Translations under genes and position numbers: made by a program | Shown: positions 1-12,862 of the stretch, piece after piece | Layout: every line of letters begins with the position of its first letter | Position numbering within the stretch: the first letter of the stretch is position 1 | The notes under the pieces: model-generated | What the model was told of the DNA's origin: nothing | Databases searched by the model: none | Seen by the model: only the letters and a program-made list of their open reading frames with translations | Assembly: GCA_002633005.1 (NCBI GenBank) | Contig: NMRA01000046.1 | Coordinates: forward strand, 242,510-306,509 | DNA: 64,000 nucleotides | DNA from: Phoronis australis | Lineage: Eukaryota; Animalia; Phoronida | Direction: 5' to 3'

Positions 1-565
1 GATGCAACATTTCGACCATTTGCATTGTAAAGCAGGCAAAACGGGGTTTTAAAACATGGCTCGATTTTCAAACACGATGGAGAACTTATCAAAAATGGTG
101 CAGCACAATGTTTCAATACATTTAGGGAGAATATCAAAAATCCTTGGAAAATCACCATGGTGATAATGGTTTTCTATTGAGGTGACCATGACTTGCATTG
201 GCCATTGTATGGATCCATCAGCTGTAGTGCTCTTAGAGGTTAGCGTAGTTTTCTTTGTGTCAATCCAGTTATCTACCAGGACAGCATTTGCCTATCTTGG
301 ATGACTAGCCGTGCTCCCCGTAGATCCAATTTTGAAGTCACTCGTTTTGGTCACACTATTGCACGGAAATAAGAACCTCTTTCAATTTTGTCATCTGGTT
401 TTGCTCATGAGAGGTGCTTATCAACACTGCGTTGCTCTTGGGTGTTTTAGAAAAATAACTAGTGGGAAATGAGATGTGTTTCTTGGATAACTTAAGCAAA
501 GTGAAAACACACTATGAGCAGTAACCTTTGTGAAGTGAAACAGTGGATGAGCACGGGCATTGCTT

Positions 566-1660
566 ATTATGCACCCACGTATTTATACGTGGACACATTA
601 CGCTGTCATCTCTGTCTGTCTGTCTGTCCGTCGTTCACTGCTCTATCTCCAAAACCGGTTGACGTATGTTCATGAAATTTTGCAAATGTGTTCCTTTCAT
701 GGATGGGACGGCGTGAGCGAAGTTACGGATGGATTCAACTACCGGCGTGTCCCTAGTGGCAATTTTAGTTTTTAACGTTTACCTCCGTATCTTCAAAGCT
801 CCTCAACATATTTTCACAAAATTTGGTGTATAGGCATCTATTAGTGAGGCGACGGTGTTCTCCCGTTTTCGCGTCCACTCCTCTGTCAACCAAACCACTC
901 TAAGCATGATTGTGAAAATTGGCATGTATGTTATTACTATGAAAAGGATGGTTGGCGATGATTTTCTGATGACTTCGACTACTCTGGCTCCTCCTAGTGG
1001 CAGTTTTGTTGTTTTTTCGCCTATGGCTTTATCTCCTAAACTGTTTGCAAGATCATTACTAAATTTAGTTAGTGCTTTTATATGATGATGACAACGGACG
1101 ACGACGATTTTCGGACAGATCTGACTACTGGTGTGCCACCTAGTGGCAATTTTATTTTTTACGTTTACCTCTGTATCTTCAAGGGTCCTCAACGTATTTT
1201 CATAAAGTTTGGTGTACAGGCTTCTGTTAGTGAGGTGATGCTACCTTTCTGTTTTCAGATGGATTAGACCTAGTTTGGGCCACGATGGCAACTTTGACTA
1301 CTGTGGCACCTCCTAGTGGTAGTTTAGTTTTGTTTTGTGCCCATAGCTGTATCTCCTAAACCCACTGCAAGATCTTTATTAAATTTAATTTGTAAGTGTA
1401 TTTATATGAAGCTAACAACAGACAACTTTCAGGCAATTTCATTTCTCTTTTCCTTTATTTCTCTGGAGTTCCGTGATGGATTTCTATGAAATTTGGTGTA
1501 TAGCTTTCTATTAAAGAAGTAATGACATATTTCCATTTTCGGATGGATTGTAGGTTTTTGCGCCATCTAGTGGCCATTTTTATGACACAAATAAACAACC
1601 CTAAAAGCACACCATTTGTGATGCATTCGTGGCCGCATTTCAACGCTCTGCGTTGCTTTT
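566..1660 (+). mobile_element. Helentron-associated non-autonomous element (HINE/DINE-1-like)
   Basis: 5' palindrome CCACGT-ATTTAT-ACGTGG (575-592), then a (GTCT)n/GTCC microsatellite (about 612-632). Degenerate internal repeats follow (CCTAGTGGCA... at about 752, 993, 1139, 1312; AAATTTGGTGTA blocks). It ends in a 3' hairpin CAACGC-TCT-GCGTTG (1641-1655) followed by a T run. This is the known HINE architecture. Confidence 0.6.
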
Positions 1661-1755
1661 GTAGTGTAATGCAGACAAGTGATACTGGAATGAACTACTA
1701 AATCATTGGTTGTGTTTATCCTTATCACCACTAGCGTCTGTATGTGTATTTACAG

Positions 1756-2900
1756 CAATGATGCTCAGGAGTTTGGAGGTTCAATCTATCACAAAGTAAA
1801 CAGCCAGCTAGAGACTGGTGTCCAGCTGTCATGGACTGCTGGAAGCAACGCCACCAAGTTTGGTCTGGGCGCCAAGTATGTTGTCAATGACGATACGACT
1901 GTTAGAGCAAGGGTGTTCAACTCCAGTCAAGTTGGTCTTGGATACACTCAGCAACTAAGAAGTGGTAAGGACTTATTTTTGAGCTGTAACTGAAGTTAAC
2001 AGTCATGTGTTCCTATTTGAGAAATGGATACATGTATCTATGTATTTAGACACAGCCACAACTGGTGACTTATACTGTTTTTGCAATAGTCTGAGTGAAC
2101 GTTGACTTAACAAGTGGCATGTGAAGTACAATCTACAATAAATTAATATTGAATGAAACCTTTGGATGTTTATTTTCTTCTAAAATTTGTCTTGAACTGA
2201 GAATGTCTTTCCAGTTCCAGAAATTTTGTCACACCAATATGTGTTCCAATTGTTACTACATTGATTGTTGCTGCAATTACAATTTGTGTACTGTGGGCAT
2301 CACTTGCCAATTCCTTATGAATGTTATGTACCGTACTAAATCCAACTGATAGCTGTTTCTCAATTTTGTGTTGCCTAATTGGCCACTTTTGTCCAAAACA
2401 TGACATGCGATTGTTTTGTATGTTTGAGGTCTCTTGAATTCTTTCTTCTCAGTGAGGTTGCCAAATGCTTTAGATCACACAAGTACACTAGCGCCAGCCA
2501 TCTGTGTAAAGGTGTAAAATTTGCATATTTGGGTGCTTGAAAAATGAAGGGTGGATATGAAAGCACAATTGGAAGATTCTATTTGCACCAAACGAGACTT
2601 CCAGTCTTTGTGTCAGCAGATGTGCGTGTTGGAACATAACTGTCTCGCTTGTCAAATGGGGCCTAGTGAGTGATCATAACAATCTTCAAGATATGGGTCC
2701 GGAGATGTTTCAGTGCGTGTAACATTGACAGTGTCGTGTAATATCTGCTGTCGATTCATTATGCTCTGTTTGATTGCCTTTCTGACATCAATTTGCCTTG
2801 TATTGCAGGTGTTAGTCTGACACTGTCGGCACTGATTGATGCAAAGAACTTCAATGCTGGTGGTCACAAACTCGGTCTTGGTCTTGACATCCAAGCATAA
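1756..2900 (+). CDS. VDAC: Voltage-dependent anion channel (mitochondrial porin), last two coding exons; gene starts before the window
   Basis: Exon 1756-1964 encodes [41 protein letters not shown]...[12 protein letters not shown]. Exon 2809-2900 encodes [34 protein letters not shown] boundaries, matching phase 1, classic VDAC C-terminus. AATAAA at 3365-3370. Confidence 0.95.
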
Positions 2901-4121
2901 GTGTGAACTAAAGAACAGTAGTAAAAACCGCGGTTGTATTATAGTATGATAATATATTCTGAATGTGTTGTTATTAGCTTATAAATAATGCTTGTAAGCT
3001 CGTTTTGTGCATGTGTAACAACAGATGAAACTTTTAGCACAGCAATTTTCCATCAGTCATGTGACCTGTAGACCTGGATGTTATTCACTGTGGCGTTATT
3101 TAATGCGTGACATTCGGTTGAAATAGTTGTAATGAGATTCGTTTATTTTGTTTTCTGGCCTTGGTGCCCCCTGTCCTGGCAGGGTGGCATGCAAGAACAT
3201 CTTCAAATTGTGTCGGATGTAATTGATTGTGAAGTAATTTTTGAGATTGGGATTGTGTCACGAGTGGTGCTCGACCGTTTCATTTACCTCCTCAGTACTA
3301 ATCAGTTGCAGCAATTTCTTAGGTTTTTGCTACTTGTGGATTATGTTTGGGTGTATATACCAGAAATAAATTGAGTTGAACAGAATCTGGATCGTTATAT
3401 TGCATCATGTCAATTAATGTTTATTAACCTTAAGAGATGGAGTAAAATATAAAGACATCCACGAGGTAAATATGAGGGGCTTAACACAGGCGGGTTAATC
3501 ATATCGCTGACGGGGCTTATAAGCTATGGGGCCTGGGAATGCCACCGCGACTCGATGGGCGTAAAGAGTTCCCAGTCAATAATTGGGCTTGTGTACTTGT
3601 GACGTACTACGTTGTTCAAAATTGTTACACGGGGAAAAGGGGTTTTGTTGTACATTACACAGAGGTTATGGCGTTGAAATCATCGGTCAAGAGTTCGCAC
3701 GCATCCTACTATGTTCAGCTAATGCGAAATGTGCATATTCATGGGGGCAAAAACCATGTCTGGTTATACAGAAAGTGCTAAATAAGTTGACAATGACTGG
3801 ATTTTGTAGTAATTCAAGGAATATCACTGCATCCCTAAAACGTCCACAATAGAGCGCTCATTCACTATCAGATGTAATGTGCATGAACAGATTAGAAAAC
3901 TTAATGGCTTTTCAGAAAAATATGCTCAAAAAGTCGGGACTTAACTTCAACCGTACAAATTTTCCCAATAATTCGAACTTAAAAACTGAATTGATGCTTC
4001 CATTTGTTATTTCCTTCCACAGTAAAGACCAGGAAGGCATTACCATCCTGCAAAGACGCATTTATGATGACTGCATGTATCTGATCACCAAGGTCAAACG
4101 GTGTATGTTTACAGTGATAGT

Positions 4122-7100
4122 CTATGCTTTAGCTGAGAAGTGGGCTTGTACCCTCGTTCTTATCTTAGATCTACACAGGGGGCATACTTTTAACCGCTTT
4201 GCACACTGTTCGCAAGCCACCATGTGACCGCAAGGCGTAAAGACAACTGAAATATCATCTTCCCAACAAATTTTGCATTCCATTTGTTGTTTTAGCAATC
4301 TGTGCTCCTCTTCAACACGTTCTGGTGTCTCCATTGAAAGATCTTCGCTTGAAGTGTTCGCCTTGCTTTGCTCGACGCTGTCAACACGCAGCACAACTTC
4401 CGAGCTTGAGGAGGAGGCGCCGTCATGGACTCCATTTTCCTTCTTAAAATCTAAAAATCGTTGAACGGCATCAAAAAGGTCAGATGCGTTTTGGAAGTCT
4501 TCTCCTTCTTGCAAAAGCCTTTGTTCTAAAACAGTCTTCACTGTTGCTTCGTCGTACCCCATGTCTAAGAGAACCTTCACTGTTGGAGTGTCAATGCACG
4601 CGTTTACGTATCTTCTTGTATCTGAAGTTGGCCTATTGCTCTGCAAATTGAGTAAAATAACAATGCCATGTAATTCGACACATTCGGTAGATTCTTGCAA
4701 AACCGCCATACGTATCATACTGAGGGCAAAAACCTGGTATAGGTAACAAGTACGTCGAGCTAGATACAGATTAGCTGCACAGCGAAAATCTTTGTATTAC
4801 TTGCTATCCAGCAGGCCAGTCGGCCGTGAGCGCAAGCTTTTACTTGAACCCACGAATTTAATCTACACAATGTGTCTTCAAATCCTCGATTTCACACAGT
4901 CAGCACACATTCTAAACTGTCGAACAGATGTGACCCTAAAACTTAAACAACATATTTCCCAACAACAAGCAGTTTAATTTTTCCAAGGAAATGTTTAGGT
5001 AATGTCGTAGAGACCCTGAATAATATAAATTTGGCTAACTTCGGAACGCCATATTTCAGGAAATGGCTACAGGTTCAGAGACACATGACACTTTCAGATG
5101 CAATGCTTTTTGCACTATTCTTTAAGACGCTGTTAAGAGTTACGTTTAAAATGTTCCACTTTTGCTTAAAGGCGAAGGCAACCTTTTTTCATGTCAATTT
5201 TAGCAGAAGTAAGGTTTGTTGATTATCCCAGACATATTTTTCACTTAATTACAGCTTTTCGTAATTTAATTAATTTCTCGTCCTCTACTTCGCAAGTGAC
5301 GTTTTGGGAGGCAAGAATTTCGCGCCAATTTCTTTTCATACAGTCAGACTGTGAGAGCTGTCAAGTCAGTCATTGTTCTACCTCGGGTGTGATAAGTTCG
5401 GTCGTCGTTTGCTTTTGTTTATAAGTGAGTCAACATGCCACGTTGTTGCTACGTACCAGGATGTACTCATTATCGTCTCACACGCGCTTTGGGTACCTTG
5501 CATCGCTTTCCGAAGGATGACACACTTCGCCGTACTTGGCTAGCTCATTCGTGTGAAGAACGCAGCGCTACCCGTTCACGCGACGTACAAAGCAGTGGCA
5601 AGCATTTTCAGCCGTCAGATTACGACAGAGATATGTACGCTGAATTGATGAAGGTCCCTGCGAAACAACGCCTGAAGAAGGGCTCCATACCGTCGCTGTT
5701 GATTCCCGGCAGTGCCCCGTCGCCACCCCCGAGAAGTGCGTTTTTGAAGCGAGAAGCCTCGCGAGCTGTGGCCACTATAAACAGTGACTGGAGGCACTTC
5801 ATCTACTGCCACCCATACCTCCGAACGTACCCCATAGCGTGCAATTCCAGGAACTAGCAGTGATTCCCCGTGTGCTGTTGTCTCTAGCCCATAGCTTGTA
5901 AGCAGCCCTGCGCGATGTTGAGTAGTGGGAGGCCCAGTTTGACACCCAGTGAAAAGGACAGTTCGTCATCCAATGAACAGATCGGTGAGCCTAAGTTTGA
6001 TAAGTTTATTGTGGATTTGTATTGGAGCTATGTATTGGTGCCACATGTGTGACGAGGGAGTCGCACGGCGGGATGTAAGCAGTTTGGGTGCTCAAGTCAA
6101 CATCCACTGGGAGTGTGTCGCGGGACACTCGGGCAAGTGGGACAGTTCTTCTTCTGTACGTGAGACGATAGTGAGTACACCTCGGTAGGCAACAACAGCG
6201 TGGCATGTTGACTGACTCCTAAACAAAAGCAAACGACGACCGAACTTATCACAACCGAGATAGAACAATGACTGACCCGACTGCTCTCACAGTCAGACTC
6301 TATGAAAAGAAATTGGCGCGAAATTCTTGCCTCCCAAAACGTCACTTCCGGAGTAGACGACGAGTAAATAATTAAAATACGAAAAGTGAAAAACATTTCT
6401 GGGATAATCAACGAACCCTATTTTGCTAAAAATGACACGAAAAAAGGTTGCCTTCGCCTTTAAGGGGCTATCTAAAATACGACTTTTATAAGACATCCAA
6501 ACTGCCACAAAACGATATTTTAGAAAAACTGTAACAGAGTTCTTGAGATCCCATATTGAACATTCACATCAAATGAAATTTGATCATGTTATTGATACCG
6601 TTGTTTTGCAATCGACCTAATTTTCTTTTTTCTAAATTTTATTAACAAGACATTGTCACGTGATCCATTTAATGGCATATTGGTAAAAAGTCAACCAAGA
6701 GCAACCCAGTGCGTTGATGGGAAACAAGTCGGGAATGATCTCCACAAAGGAACACGCATACTTTCACACGGCCATGATTCTCCAAGAAGTTTGGAAGACA
6801 GGGAAGCAGAACACAAAGGACAAAAGAAGAATAGAAACGCCACAAGGGTGCGCAACGTTGGTCAAATACATTCCAAACATCTGGCAGGTGCTGTTGTCCA
6901 CGCGCAAGCAACTTATTTGCCAAATTTCATGAACATCCGTGCAACGAATGCAGTAGAGTATCAAGGCAAAGGCAAAGAAAAACAACAGTAGTCAGTACTT
7001 AGATTTGTCTCAAAATGTACGAAAGGACGGGGGACGGTGGCATACTTGATGCAATTCCACATATATATGTAGGTACATAAAAATCCAAATCTATTGGCTT

Positions 7101-8546
7101 TCTACTTCAGTTCAGAAGATTTATACTTTTACAAGTTAAAATAGATAGTTCTGTATATATTTGGTAAAATGTGCATATTGTCAACATCATAAGGTTCTAC
7201 GCAGCCTTGCTGTAGTGAACTCGAGTAATACTGTAAATATTTAGCTTTAAACGTTGGCTATATATTACTGATTGCAGTAATGGCAATATACATACTAAAA
7301 GTCGTTGAATGTACACTAGTTTTGGGAATGTTTGCAGCAGGTTCTGGAAGAGTTCCGTTATTCTCATGTCAGTTTACTCCCGATCGTAAAACTAAACCAC
7401 AATTTCATGAATAGTAAAAATATTCACAGTCGCCATGGAAACAAAGTCATGATATTTTGCCTTCACTATCAGTAAGTTGGTCTCAAATTCAAAAAGTAAC
7501 TTGAAATGACAAATAACTAGGTTTTGTGTGTAAATAAGTGTGACTTGAATAATTACCTTTGTAGATGGCGAGTACTGTCGAGCACGGTCTATGAAATGTC
7601 TTCCTTTGACATGCTCCAGGTATTTACAGTTAGAAACTCTTTTCGCGTGTTCTACCCATGGGTCTTTTTCTTCTGTCCATCCTTCTAAGCTTCCATCACA
7701 GTAGAAGCAGCGTAACGTGTCTTCACTGGCTATAAGTTTAGAACAAATTTTTGAACATTTGCTGTGTTTCGATCGAAAAAGTTGCCAGATGCTTCAGAAA
7801 TGGCAAGAGGTGCGTATTGTAGTATTAGGTTTAGAGATTACTACGCAACGGTGCAATAATTTAAATATTTGACGGCGATAAACGGTGCCATCTCGAACCT
7901 TGTTTAATCAACTTGAGAAGACCTCTATTATTGAAAACGTGGCAAAAATGAATAGTGCTACTGTCATTCCAAACTTATTAATCATAATTCAGTCTTTGAT
8001 AGAATAGAAGACAATGGTCATACAAAATACACACATTACAAAGTATGTCTATAGGTATTTACCTGAGTAAAAAAATCCACAAACAGCAAGTAGTTTAACA
8101 AAGTCTTGGTGCCATTTCCAACTACAACTTTTGAGCGATTTTAAACGACTCGTGACGTTAGAGAATCGGGAGTGTTTCGGAACGCCTTGTGTTTGTTCCC
8201 GGTTGATAAGAACATTTCCACAAGCTTCCGGGCGAGTTAAAAATTCACAGGATTTTGAATGGAACCTGTGTTGCCCAATAGCTATATCTCCGACAGCCCA
8301 GTCTCGTAATATAATTCCACACCACGCGCATTTAACACGGTCGCCGTCTTGTAAATAATAGAAGCCTGCCTGAGCGAGTTCTTCTGGTTCGACTGCATTA
8401 CGCTGTCCCCACACCGTGGCAGCCTGGTAAAATGTCTGCAGACGAGCACGCTCGCTGAACATCAAACAATGGGTTTGCATGCACTTTTGGTTGAAGCTGT
8501 GGGTTGAATCGCTAGCCAATTTGGTACAGTCGGTGGATTCCCTCAT
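4122..8546 (-). CDS. Inhibitor of apoptosis protein (BIR-BIR-UBA-RING), about 391 aa
   Basis: Exon 8546-8063 has BIR1 (ERARLQTF...AGFYY...KCAWC...H...C) and the start of BIR2. Exon 7729-7557 has RCFYCDGSLEGWTEEKDPWVEHAKRVSNC. Exon 4640-4122 has a UBA-like LLDMGYDEATVK and RING CKIC...PCGHMVACEQC...CPLCR. Canonical splice sites; 1176 nt in frame. Confidence 0.93.
5170..6459 (+). mobile_element. Kolobok-type DNA transposon derivative with THAP remnant, in IAP intron
   Basis: TTAA at 5166-5169 and 6460-6463 flank AGG...CCT termini. Inverted repeats of about 310 bp (5170-5482 vs about 6160-6459). THAP ORF 5435-5857 (MPRCCYVPGC...LHRFPKD...W...KHF...IPSL). A CxxC...CxxGH...WDS segment lies in ORF 5949-6188. 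TTAA TSD, RR..YY ends and THAP are established Kolobok hallmarks. Confidence 0.8.
5435..5857 (+). pseudogene. Degenerate THAP-domain N-terminus of a Kolobok-like transposase
   Basis: THAP signature C-x4-C, FP, W, HF and (A/I)VP-like box. The third Zn-ligand Cys position reads SGKHF instead of CxxHF, and the ORF is truncated. Confidence 0.7.
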
Positions 8547-9885
8547 CTGTCAGTGACTCACTAAAATTGCAGTACTCGGGACTGCACCTTGGAATACTGA
8601 AATACACGTTGAATTACAAGAAAGATTGAAGCGACAGTTCCTCTCAAAGCATGAAAATTATGAATTAGAATCACAGGCGATGTACTAAAGGCCCGTTTAC
8701 CATTGGAAAACTATTGCAAAACGGGCCAGTACGGAGAACATGGAATAGATCACATGAGTACGGTCTTGACCGCACTGGCCCGTGTTCCATCACTCGTCTA
8801 ATGCGACTCGGGAATAGGAGTTGGATTACTATTGCGGAAGGTCCGTTGACCTTTGGATTCCTAGATGACCACCAAGCGCCACTAGTTTTAGGTCGATATC
8901 ACCAAAACTGAACAGGCTTCAAGACTTTAGCAATAAACATGTCGATCGGACGAAAAAGGCAATCATAGCGTGCGTACGTATACATTTAAAACAAACTTCA
9001 CGACAGAGCAACATACATGGAGAAAGTTCATTTTAATCACAAAACAATGAATTTTCAGGCCACTTGAAATTTCCATACCCTCTATTTAAGGGAATTCGTT
9101 TTCATGGTTTTAATGTAGCCCTGTAATTAATGTGGTATCAGGAATATCTTCCTGGCGGTATCAAAACAAACCAAATCTGTGTAATAGCAATTTGACTAAT
9201 ATCAGAGTATTTAATAAAAACAAGAAACAAAATCTTCGATTCAAGACTCAATGGTCAAGGCAGACGGAAAACTACAACGAGCCCAGTCGAAAGCCACTTA
9301 GTCGTTAGCCTAACAGATCGACAAGCACGTGGCACACGAACCCGCGAGGATTTTGTGTTTGATGAGGCAGTGAGCGAATGTCTCACGTCAGCCAATAGTG
9401 GTAAGCATCAATCCATACAGCACGTATACAGGTGGACCTCTCATATAGTTGGGCGTCTTACCTTCCATCAGTGACTAATCACTGAGATGACTTTCTTGGC
9501 GATACGGAATGGTGATCAAGTGAGTTTTTACCACTGGCGCATCGCACCGGGCTCGAGGCTCCGATAACTGACGTTCATAATAATTGATCTCGGGTTTTTT
9601 AAAAAATGCAAAAACAAAAAAGAAAAGAAAGAGACAACCCATGACACTCAATAAGGCCCGGGTTGTACCGTACTGAAGCTAGTACATGCTACGTCAGTAA
9701 ATTCAACAATGTCGGAGACCATTATCTCTCGCGAGATCCTGTCCGCTGAAGCACGTGATTGTGACGCTGTGATATCAGGCAGAGAATGGGTATATCAGTG
9801 GGGTAGCTGGGCCACCCCCGATATGTAGTCCGCGACTTCGACGGTCACCGTAGTAACCTTGAACACCCCAGTAAGGCTGGACTCA

Positions 9886-10322
9886 GGTGCCGGGTTGCAT
9901 GAAACAGTCCCAAATCGGGACTCAACTAAGTACCCTAAACGTTTTGCCTATGTCTTTGTTTACTCACAAAATGTACTCACAAATGTAATCTTTTTCTATC
10001 GTCATCTTTATTATAATCTCCTCATCGACTTGCGACTATTTCTAATAAAACAACTAAAAACTGAGTCTCGGAATTCAATGAAACTTAGTCGTTAAGTTAG
10101 GAGCGTTGCATGAAAAGATCCCTAAATATCATTACTATTGCGAATTACCCAGTGTTAAGTTCACTCTCGATTTGTATCAAACCAAAAAGTTGACTAATTT
10201 AATGAAACTAAAACAACAAAAGAAAGGACAATCGGTGTTTTCGCAAGTCCACAAATACGCCAAAGATTTAGGGAACATAGTTAAGTATTTAGGACTTGCT
10301 GTTTCACATGCAACCGCGGGCC
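9886..10322. mobile_element. Foldback MITE, family with 3 copies in the window
   Basis: Ends GTGCCGGGTTGCATGAAACAGTCCCAAAT...TGTTTCACATGCAACCGCGG. Related copies at about 28387-28781 and about 30507-30912. Confidence 0.6.
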
Positions 10323-10960
10323 GGACAAGGATTCCCTGACGCCATCGGTACCCCGCGGCAGTGATCTCTCTAATTGGGCGGAACCGGCACCATATAGGGG
10401 GTTGGGAGGCTATAGCCCCCCCCCCCCCATCTTGCTGTGCTGCCAGTAGTGGGTCNTGCTACGCCTGTTATGTATGTTGTCCGATAGATGTCACCGTAGG
10501 TCACTGAGTAGTTCCTGACAAGAAACCACGTTGTTCATGTCTCCGTAAAATGTGGTACCAAACGTGAACGCCGCACATGGCCGTCTACAGGCGGTGCGCC
10601 ACAGGGGGGCTGCGGGGGACCGGCTTCCCCCCACTTTCTTCCAGGGCTAGCTGCGCCGCCCATGTAACTTAATTAGTCTAACTCAGTTCATCTGGCCAAG
10701 GCAAAATACTTTTTGAGCGGAGAGACTTTGGCCGCTCCATTTACATTAAAAACTTGCGAACCTGGTCTCTCGACCGGACGTCGCGGTGGGTGCGGCGTCG
10801 ACCGTAGCCTGACGTCGACGACTCGACGAACGTGATCTTCGTCTCAGTAGCGCAGTCGGCAGGGCCGACTGCCGGGCTCTGGCGAGACGCGGTACCTACC
10901 GACACTGCCGTACGAGTCGATCTGGTCTTATACAAGAGCTGTAGAGCATTTTCCGACTGA

Positions 10961-11101
10961 CACTTACCTTCCTTCTCGTAAGCTATGACTAAGGGGACTT
11001 AACATTGATTTATATGCAGAGTTTATACTGCCAAAGACGCAAAAACTATGTCTGCATGACTCGTGGAAACTTCCGGCCGGGGGATTTCCGCGGGATTTCC
11101 C
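10961..11101 (-). promoter_or_regulatory. Predicted IAP promoter: kappaB sites, TATA boxes and a short non-coding exon 1
   Basis: GGGGATTTCC (11080-11089), GGGATTTCCC (11092-11101) and GGAAACTTCC (11065-11074). Minus-strand TATAAA at 11022-11027 and 11009-11014. Minus-strand consensus donor AAG/GTAAGTG at 10968/10967. Candidate acceptor TTTCAG before 8596, upstream of the IAP ATG at 8546. Confidence 0.6.
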
Positions 11102-11806
11102 CAAGTGAGGAATTTTACCGAGTCAGGCACGGTCCGACCCGTGCCTGGCTGAGTGTAGCTTACACTAGCTAATTTTAGACAAAGTTCGAACTCGATTGAA
11201 GAGACGTGAGTAAGAGACGATCCCCTCACAGTTAGGATTTCAATATGACTTAGACGGAGCAGCCACGTTTGATAAAACTTCTGCCATTAGCCTTCACCCG
11301 ACTGAATTGAACAATGTAACCTGTCACGTCTAAGAAGCAGCGACTCCTATTGTCAAAATCAAGCAAATAATACCACTGGTTTTGGTCACTCGCAGATTTG
11401 CGAATCACCAAATGTCACATGACATTTACTAAAACCAGAAAACAGTTTCCTAGTTCCACGTACAATTAAAATGCTTCAATAAACCGGGAGTGGGATTTTT
11501 AAGTTTTACCCGAATGCACACTTCGCCGGCCGAATAAACCCCGAACTAATTTAGAGTTGTCGTATAGGCTAAGCGCCACTAGTCAACGAAGTGAAAGTAA
11601 AGTTTACGACCACTGTGCCGGCATGATTAGGGAATCCAGGTAATTCACTGAATAACGGATCGGCTAGCATTCATATACATGCTGCTTGGGGTAGGATATG
11701 TTCTGCAGGGGGGCATTCTCACTCCTCGGCACCCGGATTTATGAGGGGCGGGGGACGGAAAGGTGGATGTGACACCGAGGCGGAATCCCATGGGTGAAGC
11801 CGTCCA

Positions 11807-11960
11807 GGCGTGCGTTCAGTAGACGCTAGGACCTACGCTAAGACCTAGCTAAAACCTAGTCAAAGTCACGTGCTCTCATTTAAAATACACTGCAATATCT
11901 CGAGTAATCTCGCGAAGTCTTGCTTTTTAGCGAGGTCCTAGCGTTACTGAACGGGAGGCA
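11807..11960. mobile_element. MITE of about 155 bp (copy 1)
   Basis: TIR-like ends GCGTGCGTTCAGTAGACGCTAGGACCT / AGGTCCTAGCGTTACTGAACGGGAGGC. An inverted second copy lies at 39337-39490. Confidence 0.7.
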
Positions 11961-12788
11961 GGATGTAGCGAGAGAGGGAAGGGTTCACCGTGAAGGTAGG
12001 CCCTAAAGGAGTCTACGTTTATAGGGGTGGGAAGTGGATGCAGAGGGGGAAAGACGTTTGCGGCATGTTTTGCGGGGGTGATTGCCGTTGCAGAACGAAC
12101 AGGAGTGGAGGTAAGGACACTGGGACGGATGTTTGGGGCAGGTGGCGGAGTACAGCCCGGGGCTCGGCGGGAGGAAGAGGGTCGAGAGGAGGGGTGTTGG
12201 GTCCTGAGGGAGGTTTGAGCCCACAGCTCCTGACAGTGTGCCAGGGGGTTGGGGTAGAGGAACGCAGTTTTCGAAATTGCTGGTAGTAAAACATGGCATG
12301 TTGGAAACCGAAAGAGCCTGGGAGATAAAGTGCCATGGCCACCTTAATTGGCCCCCCCCTCTAAATCCGCCACTGAGAGGGGTCAGAATGCACTCGGATA
12401 AAGACCTAATTTACGCGATTTCAACAGCTTTAAGGAGTTATAAACTAACCATCAGTACCTACGGAGTCGGCTAACGAAACTCGTAGTCCGGAAGTGAGTT
12501 TAATTCAGCAACGATTAAATAACGATTAAAGGTAGTCTGTTCCACAGTGAGAGGTTTGAGAGGGAGTAAAAGTTGGGTAAAAACAACGTACACGTAATAG
12601 CATAATCAGTCAATATTGGTAATACATGACGGACATTCAGACAATAAATATCATTAAAATAATAATGTCGACAGCACGAGTGGAAAACTGCGATACGAAT
12701 ATTGCCCTGGCCCCCCTAACTCAAAATTCAGCCCCCCCCTGGCATGAACAGCTAGCTGGTCACGATGAGCGACGGAGCNNNNNNNNNN

Positions 12789-12861
<73 letters not shown>
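12789..12861. repeat. (TG)n microsatellite next to an N gap
   Basis: Pure TG run directly after 10 Ns. Confidence 0.95.

Positions 12862-12862
<1 letters not shown>

Noticed and set aside
6653-6991. Overlapping short ORFs in the IAP intron as an extra exon or separate gene
   Set aside because: The IAP exons already join in phase without it, and no recognisable motif is present.
11990-12474. Cluster of Gly/Pro-rich ORFs
   Set aside because: G-rich low-complexity interior of a MITE-like repeat. Open frames on both strands reflect base composition.
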